In this document: in pieces, positions 10,055 through 20,017 of the stretch | How positions within the stretch are numbered: the first letter of the stretch is position 1 | How the letters are laid out: each line of letters opens with the position of its first letter | From: a virus | Taxonomy: Duplodnaviria > Heunggongvirae > Uroviricota > Caudoviricetes | Direction: 5' to 3' (one strand) | Virus record (IMG/VR): IMGVR_UViG_2585427767_000006 | DNA length: 47,449 nt | The notes under the pieces: generated by a model | The model's input: only the letters and a program-made list of their open reading frames with translations | Database searches by the model: none | What the model was told of the DNA's origin: nothing | Translations under genes and position numbers: made by a program

Positions 10055-10753
10055 TTACTGCGAAAGTTTGTTAATGGAAAGGAAGCCGCCAAAGTTGCCG
10101 ACGTTATTGCGAAACTTACAGCCGCTCAGGCATTTGCTGCATTTATCCTTCGTGATATCGGACGTCGGCTGGTCATATTCATCCGCGACTGCCGGACCGT
10201 GATAACCGCACTCATCACCGCGATAGGTCCAGGTGCAGGTGTTGGCCAGCATGATACGCCCCGGAAAAACAGCGCCATCCGTTTCCGTCGGCGTGGACAG
10301 TACAAAGGAGGCACTCACCGCGCTCAGTTCGCTGCACTGCTCGATGCGCCAGCGGCTGATCACCTCCTGCTCCGGATCGGCGTCACTGTTTCCGTTGACG
10401 AAGTTCACCGCATCCAGAAAACGGGCGTAAACCTTACGCCGGACCACCGTTCCGCCGACCAGACTCTGCAGATCTTCCGCCATCCCGGTGACCATACCGT
10501 ACAGGTTAGAAACCGTCAGCGTGGGGCGCGTACTGGTGCCTTTGCCATTCAGTTCAAAACCACTCCCCTGAATGGGATACGGCTGATACTGTCGCCCCTG
10601 CCAGGTGACCGGCTCACCTTTTTCGTTCTGCTCATTACAGAAAAAATAACGTTCTCCACCGACCTCTGTCAGGTCGATTTCCCAGAGCACCACGCTGGCC
10701 GACTGCTCCGCACGGGTGCATTCATTCAGTGTTTCCTGCCGGATATCCTGCAT
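10055..10753 (-). CDS. L: Minor tail protein L
   Basis: 232-aa ORF in lambda order between M and K; Cys-rich C-terminus. Confidence 0.9.
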   Translation of the reverse strand: MQDIRQETLNECTRAEQSASVVLWEIDLTEVGGERYFFCNEQNEKGEPVTWQGRQYQPYPIQGSGFELNGKGTSTRPTLTVSNLYGMVTGMAEDLQSLVGGTVVRRKVYARFLDAVNFVNGNSDADPEQEVISRWRIEQCSELSAVSASFVLSTPTETDGAVFPGRIMLANTCTWTYRGDECGYHGPAVADEYDQPTSDITKDKCSKCLSGCKFRNNVGNFGGFLSINKLSQ

Positions 10754-11085
10754 CAGTTCACCACCTGTTCAAACTCTGCGCTGAACTCAACACGCAGCAT
10801 ACTGACCCGCGACGACCATTTTGCGCAGGTCACCTTTATCTGCCGCCACTCATAAGGCGGCGTCCACAGAAAGGCTTTCCAGCCCCCGTGCTCTTCCAGA
10901 AACGACTCCAGTACCGTGGCCTCCTCACGGGGGACAGAAAGCGTCACGCTGTACGTTTTCAGGTTGGCATTCAGCCCGGCAGGCGCTCGCTGGGAATAGC
11001 CATCACCAAAGCGCACCTTTCTTACAGAAGGGGCCGAAGCCACATCCATACCGGGTTTCACTTTCCAGCGGAAGGTCTTCATCAT
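10753..11085 (-). CDS. M: Minor tail protein M
   Basis: 110-aa ORF immediately after H, overlapping by 4 nt; lambda gpM position and size. Confidence 0.9.
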   Translation of the reverse strand: MMKTFRWKVKPGMDVASAPSVRKVRFGDGYSQRAPAGLNANLKTYSVTLSVPREEATVLESFLEEHGGWKAFLWTPPYEWRQIKVTCAKWSSRVSMLRVEFSAEFEQVVN

Positions 11086-13652
11086 CCACCTCCGGAGAAC
11101 AGACCACCATCGCGCATCTGTGCCTGAATTTCATCACGGGCACCCTTGCGGGCCATGTCATACACTGCCTTCATCATCTGTGGACCTGGCAGACCATTCG
11201 TACCGTCGTTCTGAATCACCACGTGATTGTTCTGATTAAAATTAATGCCTTCAGCCCGCCGCATCTGCGCCGGACTTCCGGCACCGCCCACATAACCACC
11301 TTCCGCATAGCCCCGCATCAGGCGGTACAGGTTGCCGACACCAATCCGGCTGGTTGCCTCCTTCGTGAAGACAAATTCACCACGATGAACAATCCCCGCT
11401 GGCTCATATTTGCCGCCGGTTCCCGTAAATCCTCCGGTTGCAAAATGGAATTTCGCCGCAGCGGCCTGAATGGCTGTACCGCCTGACGCGGATGCGCCGC
11501 CACCAACAGCCCCGCCAATGGCGCTGCCGATACTCCCGACAATCCCCACCATTGCCTGCTTAAGCAGAATTTCTGTCATCATGGACAGCACGGAACGGGT
11601 GAAGCTGCGCCAGTTCTGTTCACTGCCGGTCAGCATCGCCGCCATATTCTGTGCAATACCATCAAAGGTCTGCGTGGCCGCGTTTTTAACCTGCGAAAAA
11701 CTGTCCGTCGCACTTTCCGCCCACTCGCCCCAGCCGGACTTCATCCCGGCCATCCAGCTTCCACGAAGCTGCTCCTCCGCAGACCAGGTGTTCTTCAGTG
11801 CCGATGTGGCCTTCGCCAGCGCAGCCGGATTATCACCGTACACCTCACGAAGGCGCTGCTCTTCCGACTCCCGCTGCGCCTGACGGTCGGTGAGGCCGCG
11901 GGCTTTTGCGCTGATTGCCGCCTGCTTCGCGCTTTGCTGCTGTTCAAACCGCGCCGCCTGCTGTGCCAGCTCATTCAGCCGCTTCTGGTGTTCAATCTTG
12001 TCGCCCAGCTCAGCCAGCTGGCGTTTGTACTCCAGCGTCTCTTTCTCATGAGCCAGCAGGGATTTTTCCTGCTCAGATAACTGCCGTTTCGTGGCGGCCT
12101 CTTTCAGGACCACATACTGATTTTCCGCTTTCCATAAATCACGGCGCTGCTGGCTGATTTTTTCATTCGCACCGCTGTGCTTCTCCAGCGTCCTGAGCTC
12201 AGTTTCAAGCGCCAGCAGGGCTGCATGCGCCTGGTCTTCCTGGCGCTCACCGGCAGACACCTTCACACCGGACGGCTTTTTCTGCGTCGACTCATAATCC
12301 TTTTTTGCCGACGCCATCAGCGTGTTGTAATCCGCCTGCAGGATTTTCCCGTCTTTCAGGGCCTTATTCAGCTCTTCCTGCCGGGCGGTATATTTCTCCA
12401 GTGGCGTCAGCAGGCGCTCATACGCCTTCTGCGCCTCTCCGGTATACTTCAGCTGTGACGACTCACGCTCAGCCCTGTCCCTTGCCGCCAGTTCACCGGC
12501 TTTTTCCATATCCGACTGCAGCGTTGCCGCTGCCAGACCCAGACGGGCATTTTCCCGGTCATCCCATGCGCCCTGAAGGTTGGCCCGGAAAGAGGAGGTT
12601 TTACCGCGGCGCTGGCTCCGACTCTGGTACCACTGCCATTTTTTATCCGCCTCATCAAATGCCTTCTGTGCACTGGCGAGCATATCCGCTGAGAATTCCG
12701 GACGACCGATATCCAGAATGGCATCCCACATCGATTTGAATGCCTTCCCTGTTTTATCCGCCCAGGTCTCCAGTGTTCCCATGTTTTCTTTCAGGCGACG
12801 GGTCTGCTCATCAAAGCCTTTCGTGGCGATATCGTTCGCCGCCTGTAAGGCCCCGGCCTCGTCTCCGGAACGCTGCAGTTGTGCAACATACGCAATCTGC
12901 TCTGCCGTCACGTTACGGAACTGGCGCGCCATCGCCATCAGTCCCGACCTCGGGTCAGTGGTCAGCTTCCCGAAGGCTTCAGCGACTTTATCTACCTCCA
13001 CTCCGGATGCAGACGCAAAACGCGCGACACTCTGGTTGATGGCATCAAACTGTTCACCACCACGCACACCGGCATTCACCAGGGCTGCCAGTGACTCTCT
13101 CGCCTGGTTAAACGTCAGCCCTGCTGCCTGCCCGGCTCTTGAGAGCGTCAGCATACGATCGGCAGTCAGTCCGGCCTGATTGCCGGAAAGGACCAGCGTT
13201 TTATTAAATTCTGAAAGCGTGGCGTCGCCCTGGTACCAGGCGTACGCCAGCGCACCTGTCGCCACCGCCAGCGAGGTGACCCCGACCATCGGCAGGGTGA
13301 TCGCACCGGCAAGCCCCCTGAACATGGGGATCATCCCGCCGAAGGAGTCCTTCACCTGACCGCCCTGTTGCAGCAGGATCAACCAGGGATTCTGACCACC
13401 GGCAAGCTGCGTGGCGATATCCGTAAACTGTGCGGGCAGGGTTCGCATGGCCGCTTTATACTGCCCGACGGAAATCCCGGCTTTTTGTGCAGCCAGCGCC
13501 TGGCGGCTCAGGCCCTGTTCAACAGCACTGGCGGTTTTTCTGGCGTCGGTATCCAGACCTGAAAAATGACGCCTTACCCGGCTCATCTGCTCATCGAAAC
13601 GGACAGCATCCAGACTAAGGTCAATAACAAGATCACCAACCGGCTGGGACAT
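11082..13652 (-). CDS. H: Tail tape measure protein H
   Basis: 856-aa protein with long coiled-coil middle and Gly-rich C-terminal region, in lambda H position. Confidence 0.9.
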   Translation of the reverse strand: MSQPVGDLVIDLSLDAVRFDEQMSRVRRHFSGLDTDARKTASAVEQGLSRQALAAQKAGISVGQYKAAMRTLPAQFTDIATQLAGGQNPWLILLQQGGQVKDSFGGMIPMFRGLAGAITLPMVGVTSLAVATGALAYAWYQGDATLSEFNKTLVLSGNQAGLTADRMLTLSRAGQAAGLTFNQARESLAALVNAGVRGGEQFDAINQSVARFASASGVEVDKVAEAFGKLTTDPRSGLMAMARQFRNVTAEQIAYVAQLQRSGDEAGALQAANDIATKGFDEQTRRLKENMGTLETWADKTGKAFKSMWDAILDIGRPEFSADMLASAQKAFDEADKKWQWYQSRSQRRGKTSSFRANLQGAWDDRENARLGLAAATLQSDMEKAGELAARDRAERESSQLKYTGEAQKAYERLLTPLEKYTARQEELNKALKDGKILQADYNTLMASAKKDYESTQKKPSGVKVSAGERQEDQAHAALLALETELRTLEKHSGANEKISQQRRDLWKAENQYVVLKEAATKRQLSEQEKSLLAHEKETLEYKRQLAELGDKIEHQKRLNELAQQAARFEQQQSAKQAAISAKARGLTDRQAQRESEEQRLREVYGDNPAALAKATSALKNTWSAEEQLRGSWMAGMKSGWGEWAESATDSFSQVKNAATQTFDGIAQNMAAMLTGSEQNWRSFTRSVLSMMTEILLKQAMVGIVGSIGSAIGGAVGGGASASGGTAIQAAAAKFHFATGGFTGTGGKYEPAGIVHRGEFVFTKEATSRIGVGNLYRLMRGYAEGGYVGGAGSPAQMRRAEGINFNQNNHVVIQNDGTNGLPGPQMMKAVYDMARKGARDEIQAQMRDGGLFSGGG

Positions 13653-14046
13653 ATCTCACACCTCCCGGAATCCCCGCTGAAGCCATCATTAATGCGGCAT
13701 CATCCACCATGACATCCGCCACATCCGCAGACGATAAAATATCGCGCCCTCCGTCCCCACCGAACCGGACGCCTCCGGCAAGTCCTGCCGCTTTCTGCAT
13801 CAGCATTTTGTCCTCATCCGGCCTCTCCACCTGCTCTTCCTCATGCCGGGGGACAAGCAGACTGAAATCAGAGGGATGCATATCCGGATCGCAAAAAAAC
13901 AGGCTGAGTACAGCGTACGTCAGCCCGGAAAAATGCATATCCAGCTGGGTATCCTGAAAATAATGCGTGCGGTAAAAACGGTGCCAGTCGGCATATTCGG
14001 TGGATGTCATCCCGGCAAGCATGGCGCGCCAGTCGGGTCTCCCCAT
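13633..14046 (-). CDS. T: Tail assembly protein T (made as G-T fusion by -1 frameshift)
   Basis: ORF in the -1 frame relative to G, overlapping the H start; slippery heptamer GGGAAAG in the G 3' end. Confidence 0.75.
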   Translation of the reverse strand: MGRPDWRAMLAGMTSTEYADWHRFYRTHYFQDTQLDMHFSGLTYAVLSLFFCDPDMHPSDFSLLVPRHEEEQVERPDEDKMLMQKAAGLAGGVRFGGDGGRDILSSADVADVMVDDAALMMASAGIPGGVRYVPAGW

Positions 14047-14072
14047 CTCACGCGCCAGTCTGAGGGCAAAGT

Positions 14073-14504
14073 TCAGCTCGCCGTCGAAGACTTTCCCGCA
14101 GAAAAATCATCATCAGTCAGCGTGTTATTTTTCGCCACTTCAGTAATATCAGTATCCGGACGAACAGCTTCGATCATCCCGGACAGGCACAACACCACGT
14201 CTTCCGCCCGGGCAATGGCATCGGCAGGCCAGGTGGTGAGCACTTCCTGCTCTATCTTCATCACGGCCTCATTCATTGACGGTGACCCCGTTTTCTGCGG
14301 ATGGTTATGCCACAGGGACATCGCCACCAGAAACGCGCCGGTTCTGACGAGATCTTCCACGCTTACCTGCAGGTTGCCGCTGGATTCTGCCTGTTCTGCA
14401 CGCCGTTTCAGGAGGGCAAGATGCTCGATACGCTGCAGCGCAGACAATTCGGAAAGCGTGACAGACACACCGTTATATTCAAATTGTTCTGTTTTCAGAA
14501 ACAT
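14073..14504 (-). CDS. G: Tail assembly chaperone G
   Basis: 143-aa ORF after V; C-terminus ...FSAGKSSTAS contains the conserved slippery site. Confidence 0.85.
   Translation of the reverse strand: MFLKTEQFEYNGVSVTLSELSALQRIEHLALLKRRAEQAESSGNLQVSVEDLVRTGAFLVAMSLWHNHPQKTGSPSMNEAVMKIEQEVLTTWPADAIARAEDVVLCLSGMIEAVRPDTDITEVAKNNTLTDDDFSAGKSSTAS
14091..14097 (-). other. Programmed -1 ribosomal frameshift slippery site G GGA AAG (G to G-T)
   Basis: Minus-strand heptamer GGGAAAG seven codons before the G stop, the same heptamer as in lambda. Confidence 0.7.
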
Positions 14505-14517
14505 GTATTACCTCCGT

Positions 14518-15270
14518 TTACCCTGCAGCGCCCGCTTCAGTAACGGTGACTTCAGCCACTGCGGCGAACTGACCATTTCCGCTCACCACAGGGATCTGCA
14601 CCTTACCTGTCGCCATGCCGTTTACCGTAATTGTCATATCTTTCACACTAATGGTGGCTTTCGACGGATCGGCGGAAACCGCTCTGAACGTCTTGTCGGT
14701 TGCACTTTCCGGCTCAAAAGAAACCGTCAGGGTGGTTGTTTTCCCTTTTGCCACCGTACCGGATGTCGGCGTCACCTTAATCGCACTGACCGGCGTAATT
14801 TTGCTGCGTTCTTCCGCTACAGAAGGTTTACCCACGTTAGTGACTTTCACCGTGCGGGTGATCACTTCTTTCGCCGTCACGGCCTTACCGATACTGCTGA
14901 CCCAGCCACGAAACACATCCACCGTGCCATTCGGAAAACGGATTTTATAGGCCCGGACATCGCCGCTTTCAAACCAGCCTATAAGCCCTTTCTGACCTTC
15001 CTCTCCCGGTTTCCAGGCCAGCGTAAAACTGGTATCACCTGCAGATTTCTGCCCCTGCCCGGTCGCGGTCCAGTCTGCGTCTTCATCATCCAGGTAGTTA
15101 TCATCGTAGGATTCTGCCGTCATCTCGCCCGGCGTCAGATCCTTCACCTTAGCCAGTCGCTGCCAGTCAGCGTCTGACAACGGGTTTGCATAAGCATCAC
15201 CCTTGCCGTTGTAAACCCACAGAGTGGTACCGGCACCTTTTACTGGCTCCAGGGGATTTGGTGTTGCCAT
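14518..15270 (-). CDS. V: Major tail protein V
   Basis: N-terminus [33 protein letters not shown]... matches lambda gpV; C-terminal Ig-like domain. Confidence 0.9.
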   Translation of the reverse strand: MATPNPLEPVKGAGTTLWVYNGKGDAYANPLSDADWQRLAKVKDLTPGEMTAESYDDNYLDDEDADWTATGQGQKSAGDTSFTLAWKPGEEGQKGLIGWFESGDVRAYKIRFPNGTVDVFRGWVSSIGKAVTAKEVITRTVKVTNVGKPSVAEERSKITPVSAIKVTPTSGTVAKGKTTTLTVSFEPESATDKTFRAVSADPSKATISVKDMTITVNGMATGKVQIPVVSGNGQFAAVAEVTVTEAGAAG

Positions 15271-15277
15271 ATCGTCC

Positions 15278-15673
15278 TCACATCTCGTATGTAATGGAAT
15301 AAGTCAGATCCGCAGAGCTCCATAACGCCATATCGTCATCACGACGATACTCATAGCCCTGCGTAACCATCGTGGTAATCAGTCCTGCCAGTGCCGGGAT
15401 CGCAGTCATCGCCGGATAAATCCGGCTTTCCATCCACTGATCAAGCTCTGAATCCGGTACCTGTGCCGGTAAAAACACCTCAATATGCAGTGTGGCCCGC
15501 CAGGTATCTGCATCCAGCTCTTCACCGGTATACTCTGCATCCGTCAGATAAACCGCGATCGCAGGAAAATCCTCTTCGTCAAAAACAACGGGGCGACCAT
15601 CAAACAGCGTCGCCCCGTGTTCATGCTGCTCGAGTGCATCCAGCACTGCAGCACGGATATCAGTGTGTTTCAT
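15278..15673 (-). CDS. U: Tail terminator protein U
   Basis: 131-aa ORF between Z and V in lambda order. Confidence 0.9.
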   Translation of the reverse strand: MKHTDIRAAVLDALEQHEHGATLFDGRPVVFDEEDFPAIAVYLTDAEYTGEELDADTWRATLHIEVFLPAQVPDSELDQWMESRIYPAMTAIPALAGLITTMVTQGYEYRRDDDMALWSSADLTYSITYEM

Positions 15674-16245
15674 CGTTTTATCGCAATCCTCAGTTGTTGT
15701 TTCAGCGCGGATGCCAGTTCTCCGGGCAGGCGTTCACGCCGGATACGGTCAACATTCTCATCAAATGCCTGTTTCAGTGGGGCCGCCATCGGGATTTTCA
15801 CCACCTGAATGGGAAGGCGATTACGCTTTTTCCTTCCCTTGTCGTCATTGCCCTCCTCATATCTGGCCTGGGGAAGACGTTGCATAACATGCCAGCGCCC
15901 ATTATTTAATCGCTGGATAAATGCCCGCTGATAACGATGCTGACCGGCTTTGAGTATGCTGTTCGGACGACGCCCCAGCATTCTGATCCCCAGCTTAATC
16001 ACAGGGAGATCACCGCGGTTAACGATAATTCTGGCATTCGGATTTCTGACCGTCGCCCGTTTCAGTCTGGACCGTTCCTTTACCAGTTTCCGTCTCACCC
16101 TGGTTTCCCGGGCAACCTGTGACGAAGACTGATTAATCGCCGTTGTGGCCACGCGGTTAATGGTCATTGCAGAAGCAGCCGGAATGGCGTTTTTACGAAC
16201 CCGGCTCAGATTATCAATCGCCTGATCAAGCCCTTTTATCGCCAT
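15670..16245 (-). CDS. Z: Minor tail / tail completion protein Z
   Basis: 191-aa basic protein following FII, overlapping U by 4 nt. Confidence 0.9.
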   Translation of the reverse strand: MAIKGLDQAIDNLSRVRKNAIPAASAMTINRVATTAINQSSSQVARETRVRRKLVKERSRLKRATVRNPNARIIVNRGDLPVIKLGIRMLGRRPNSILKAGQHRYQRAFIQRLNNGRWHVMQRLPQARYEEGNDDKGRKKRNRLPIQVVKIPMAAPLKQAFDENVDRIRRERLPGELASALKQQLRIAIKR

Positions 16246-16260
16246 AATTTCACCCTGCGT

Positions 16261-16614
16261 TTATCGTCGCCGGTTAACAGCGGGTGGTTGCCCACGGTTG
16301 AGCCAGAGATAACAGCTTCCCCCGTCATCCGGAGAAACACGATCCACCCAGAACATCTCGCCGTTAATGGTCAGCGTGTCACCACGCCGCACGGCACGCA
16401 CCGTATCCGTCCGCACAAATAATGACGGGCTGCTTCCTTCAATACGGACCCCGCCACCGGCAAAACCCAGCGACTCCGGATCGTCAAAAACCCCCTGAAC
16501 TTCGCCGCCACGTTGTGCTCCGGAGGTGAACTGCGCACGGATCCCCATCACTTCAACGATCGTACTGTCCACCCCGGCAAGGGCAGCATCAAAGGCATTC
16601 TGAAAATCACGCAT
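16261..16614 (-). CDS. FII: Head-tail connector protein FII
   Basis: C-terminus FWVDRVSPDDGGSCYLWLNRGQPPAVNRRR matches lambda gpFII. Confidence 0.9.
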   Translation of the reverse strand: MRDFQNAFDAALAGVDSTIVEVMGIRAQFTSGAQRGGEVQGVFDDPESLGFAGGGVRIEGSSPSLFVRTDTVRAVRRGDTLTINGEMFWVDRVSPDDGGSCYLWLNRGQPPAVNRRR

Positions 16615-16990
16615 ATTCAGCCGTTCCGTGCTGTATCATGGCCGTTGCCAGTGATGATGGCACCAGAACACGCATACCCCGTAACGCCAGCTCAACGGGA
16701 CGACCTGTCTCCGGGCAATACCCCATTACTTGCAGGCACTTCCGTACCCGGACGGCTTTAACATCATCCGGAGCATCCGTGTTGTTCAACTGCTCACCAT
16801 CGTCTGTGTGATTTTGATCAGCCCCGCTCTCATCAGAGTGCATAATGCCCTCCGGGGAAACAGCAAGCTCCTCTTCCCACTCAGACACACGTTGAGCAAT
16901 ATCCGCAGCACTCCCCGACATATCCGCCTCGCGCCCCAGCAGGCCAGCCAGTTGACGAAGACGATTCAGATTTTCTTCTTTTGTTGCCAT
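16607..16990 (-). CDS. FI: DNA packaging protein FI
   Basis: Position between E and FII; start taken at ATG 16990 (MATKEENLNRL) with SD AGGAGG; acidic middle region. Confidence 0.7.
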   Translation of the reverse strand: MATKEENLNRLRQLAGLLGREADMSGSAADIAQRVSEWEEELAVSPEGIMHSDESGADQNHTDDGEQLNNTDAPDDVKAVRVRKCLQVMGYCPETGRPVELALRGMRVLVPSSLATAMIQHGTAEYA

Positions 16991-17041
16991 CTCAGCCTCC
17001 TGTGAAAAAAGACACGGGGGCATTTCGCCCCCGCTCACGGA

Positions 17042-18070
17042 TTATTTCACCTGCACCACCACAAACTCATCCGGATCCGGCAGCACCATCAGCGGTGCGG
17101 ACTGCGTCATGGTGAATTCACGGGCCGGATCGCCCACAGTCAGCCAGTGTTTCGGATAACGGGAAGAGGCCACCACACCTTCGGACAACGCCTGCGCATC
17201 CTGAATGGCACCATAGCAACGAATGCCCTCTGCTGCCGTATTCCCCAGGACCAGTGTGCCCTCCGGCAGATAACGTTTTTCGGTACCGTCGTCTGCCACA
17301 TAAGACGTTTTCGCCACCACAATGGCCAGATCACCGTAATACCCTTTGAAAGACACCACCGCCCCCAGGTCTTTCACTGCCGTTTCGAGTTGTGAATTTG
17401 AGCCGCGACGGGTATCCAGTTTTTCGCGGAACAGCTTAAAGCCATTCAGCAGACGCCAGACCGTACCGTCCATAATGGCAATATTCACAAGACCGCTGGC
17501 CTGATCGCAGTAAAGGTCAATATCATGCGTCGGATCAAACGTATCACGGTCCTGCTCAGACCATTTTTTACCGTCGGCCTGCTCAATGTTATTTCCTTCA
17601 GAGCGTCCGAAATCCACCTCGACCGTGTCAAACTGTTCCCCTTCCATGGTGTATTTGCCATACAGCACGGCATTCACCGCCTGCATTTCTTCCACCTGGA
17701 CAATAGCGTGCTCTTCCTGTTTGAGGTTATCGGTAATGATACGCAGACGACGGTAGGCCGGGTCGTTCAGCTGAGCCGGATCTTCACCGGGAAGGCGCTC
17801 AACCGCCTGCTGGTAATTAAATTCGTGTTTCGGCTTGACGTAGCCCGGACGCAACACGCGGGTTTCACCACCACGATGGCGCAGCACTTTTCCTTCAACG
17901 ATCGGGGAGACATAGGCCGCCACCGGCGTTTTTCCGGTAATTTTGTCCAGCATCACCTCTTCGGTGTGGAAATTCACCGTACGGCGGAAAAACAGCTCCA
18001 GAAATAGCGCACGGAATTTAACTTTTTGTTCGGTATAACCGAGTAACTGGCGGGTCGTAAACAATCCCAT
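17042..18070 (-). CDS. E: Major capsid protein E
   Basis: 342-aa protein with segments YVSPIVEGKV, PGYVKPKH, GDPAREFTMTQSAPLM matching lambda gpE. Confidence 0.95.
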   Translation of the reverse strand: MGLFTTRQLLGYTEQKVKFRALFLELFFRRTVNFHTEEVMLDKITGKTPVAAYVSPIVEGKVLRHRGGETRVLRPGYVKPKHEFNYQQAVERLPGEDPAQLNDPAYRRLRIITDNLKQEEHAIVQVEEMQAVNAVLYGKYTMEGEQFDTVEVDFGRSEGNNIEQADGKKWSEQDRDTFDPTHDIDLYCDQASGLVNIAIMDGTVWRLLNGFKLFREKLDTRRGSNSQLETAVKDLGAVVSFKGYYGDLAIVVAKTSYVADDGTEKRYLPEGTLVLGNTAAEGIRCYGAIQDAQALSEGVVASSRYPKHWLTVGDPAREFTMTQSAPLMVLPDPDEFVVVQVK

Positions 18071-18127
18071 AAATCAGTTCCTTTCATTCAGAAATCAGTC
18101 AGGCCACCATGGTGGCCTGATAACGTG

Positions 18128-18475
18128 TTACGGCAGAGCCGCGTGACTCAGGGCTGTGCCGGCAAAGGCATTTGCCTTTTTGTGTTCATCCACACTGTCA
18201 GGCCAGCGGATTGCCTCCGTCGCAAAGGTCCCCGACTTGTAATAGGTCAGCACCGTCTCTGTGCCTTCAAGCGGCAGTACCAGTATGCCAACCGCACTAC
18301 CGGCTTTCTGTCCATCCCAGACCACCAGTTTCCCGGTGGCTTCATCCAGCATCAGGGGCGTCAGAGCCGGTGTTGCAGAAGAAATCCCGCTGCTGCCTGT
18401 GGCGGTATGAGCCGGATCATTACCGGCAAAAATACGTACTTCCGCACGCTGTTCAGTGATGGTTTTCGTCACCAT
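18128..18475 (-). CDS. D: Head decoration protein D
   Basis: 115-aa protein with DPAHTAT and TYYKSGTFA motifs as in lambda gpD. Confidence 0.9.
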   Translation of the reverse strand: MVTKTITEQRAEVRIFAGNDPAHTATGSSGISSATPALTPLMLDEATGKLVVWDGQKAGSAVGILVLPLEGTETVLTYYKSGTFATEAIRWPDSVDEHKKANAFAGTALSHAALP

Positions 18476-18511
18476 TTTGTTAAAACCTCATATTGATGGT
18501 CAGCACTGACT

Positions 18512-20017
18512 TCATGGCATGGCCATGAGCATTTTCACGTCCGCATCACCGTCTGCTGACGTCTGTGACACGCCACCCCGCACCGCTGCCGGTGAATGAT
18601 TCGCCATGAAATGTTCAAACAGGGCGGTTGTGGATGCAGAGACCGGTTCGGCCTTACCTGATCCCGCAGCCAGCACAGCCCGGGCGTTCTCCACGGTCAT
18701 TCCCGGGCAGGCCGCCAGTTTTTCAGCCTGCGCTTCTGCCCCTTTTGCCTCATCCAGGGCCATGATCTGATCACGAAGTGAGGGCCCGGCATCCGCCAGT
18801 GGTGCAGCCGCCAGGATCGGGCGGGCTTTTTCCACCGTCATCTCCGGCATCGCCGCCAGCGTTGCCGCCAGTTGTTCACGACCGTTCGCTTCTTCACACG
18901 CCATAATGCGATCGGCTTCACTCTGCGCGGATGCCACCGGCTGCTGCGGTGCCGCCACGGCCAGAATCGCCCGGGCCTGTTCAACGCTCATGCCCTGTTG
19001 CCCTGCCAGCATCGTGGCAAGCTGTTCACGTCCTTTCGCTTCCTGGCATGTCAGGATCCCCATCACTCGCTGGTTCTCCTGCACGGCGGCTTCCGTTGCA
19101 GTTAATTGCGGCATAGTGCCTCCTCTGACATTACTGTTCAGCGCCGTGGCCATCACACTGATGGCATCCGACGCATTGATTAATTCATCCGCCAGCCCGG
19201 CCTCAATGCCGGACTGACCTTCAAAAACGGCGGCCTCTGTTCCCGTGACTGCATCAACAGACAGACCGGTAAACATCGCCACTTTTTCGGCAAACATCCG
19301 GCGCGCCGCATCAATCCGCTGCTGCATGTCCTGGCGAACCTCTGCCGGCAACGCTTCAAACTGATTGCCATCCACCTTGTGCGCCCCTGAGTAAATCAGC
19401 GTGATATCCACACCGGCCTGCGCCAGATGACCGGCATAGCTGACATGGCTCATCATCACGCCAATGGAGCCGATACGGGATGTCTGGGTAACCAGCCGTC
19501 GGGAGCAGGCAGACGCCAGCAGCATGGCTGCAGAACAGGCCGTGTCATTGCACAGTGCCCAGACCGGCTTCTGCTGACGGAGGCGGTAAATCATGTCAGC
19601 GCAGTCAAACGCGCCGGCGGCCTGCCCGCCCGGACTGTCAATGTCCAGCAGTACGCCCCGCACCTGGCTATCCGCCATTGCCTGCTGAAGACAGGCGACA
19701 ATGCCGTCATAGCCTGTCATTCCGGAAAATGGCCGCATACCACCCAGCCGGTGCACCAGCGTGCCGGTCACCGGCAGTACAGCAATACCGTTCACCACCC
19801 GGTAAACACGGGCCGGTCGTTTACCTCCGGCCATATACTCGTCCGTTTCAGCCAGCATTCCGGGAGCATCAAGCTGTACCTGCTGTTGTGGTACCGAAAG
19901 ACTTGCTGCCCCCATCTCGCGCCCGAGCGCGCAAAAGAAAACCCGCGCATAGGCGGGCTCCAGAAGCAGCGGTTCATTGAATGCTGCGGCAATAATGTGT
20001 GAAAGATTACGTCTCAC
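18512..20017 (-). CDS. C: Prohead protease / minor capsid protein C, including in-frame scaffold (Nu3-like) C-terminal region
   Basis: N-terminal S49/ClpP-like peptidase region; C-terminal repeated Ala-rich helical segments; between B and D. Confidence 0.85.
   Translation of the reverse strand: MRRNLSHIIAAAFNEPLLLEPAYARVFFCALGREMGAASLSVPQQQVQLDAPGMLAETDEYMAGGKRPARVYRVVNGIAVLPVTGTLVHRLGGMRPFSGMTGYDGIVACLQQAMADSQVRGVLLDIDSPGGQAAGAFDCADMIYRLRQQKPVWALCNDTACSAAMLLASACSRRLVTQTSRIGSIGVMMSHVSYAGHLAQAGVDITLIYSGAHKVDGNQFEALPAEVRQDMQQRIDAARRMFAEKVAMFTGLSVDAVTGTEAAVFEGQSGIEAGLADELINASDAISVMATALNSNVRGGTMPQLTATEAAVQENQRVMGILTCQEAKGREQLATMLAGQQGMSVEQARAILAVAAPQQPVASAQSEADRIMACEEANGREQLAATLAAMPEMTVEKARPILAAAPLADAGPSLRDQIMALDEAKGAEAQAEKLAACPGMTVENARAVLAAGSGKAEPVSASTTALFEHFMANHSPAAVRGGVSQTSADGDADVKMLMAMP

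Noticed and set aside
9360-10855. Plus-strand ORFs 9360..9725, 9607..10035, 9971..10855
   Set aside because: Antisense to K and L, which have clear lambda homology and correct operon context.
13843-15177. 444-aa plus-strand ORF
   Set aside because: Antisense to the T, G and V genes, whose products match lambda proteins; Arg/Cys-rich artefact.
18872-20002. Several plus-strand ORFs (18872..19105, 18906..19217, 19427..20002, 19555..19980)
   Set aside because: All are antisense to the protease/scaffold gene C and the portal gene; Arg/Pro-rich artefacts of GC-rich sequence.
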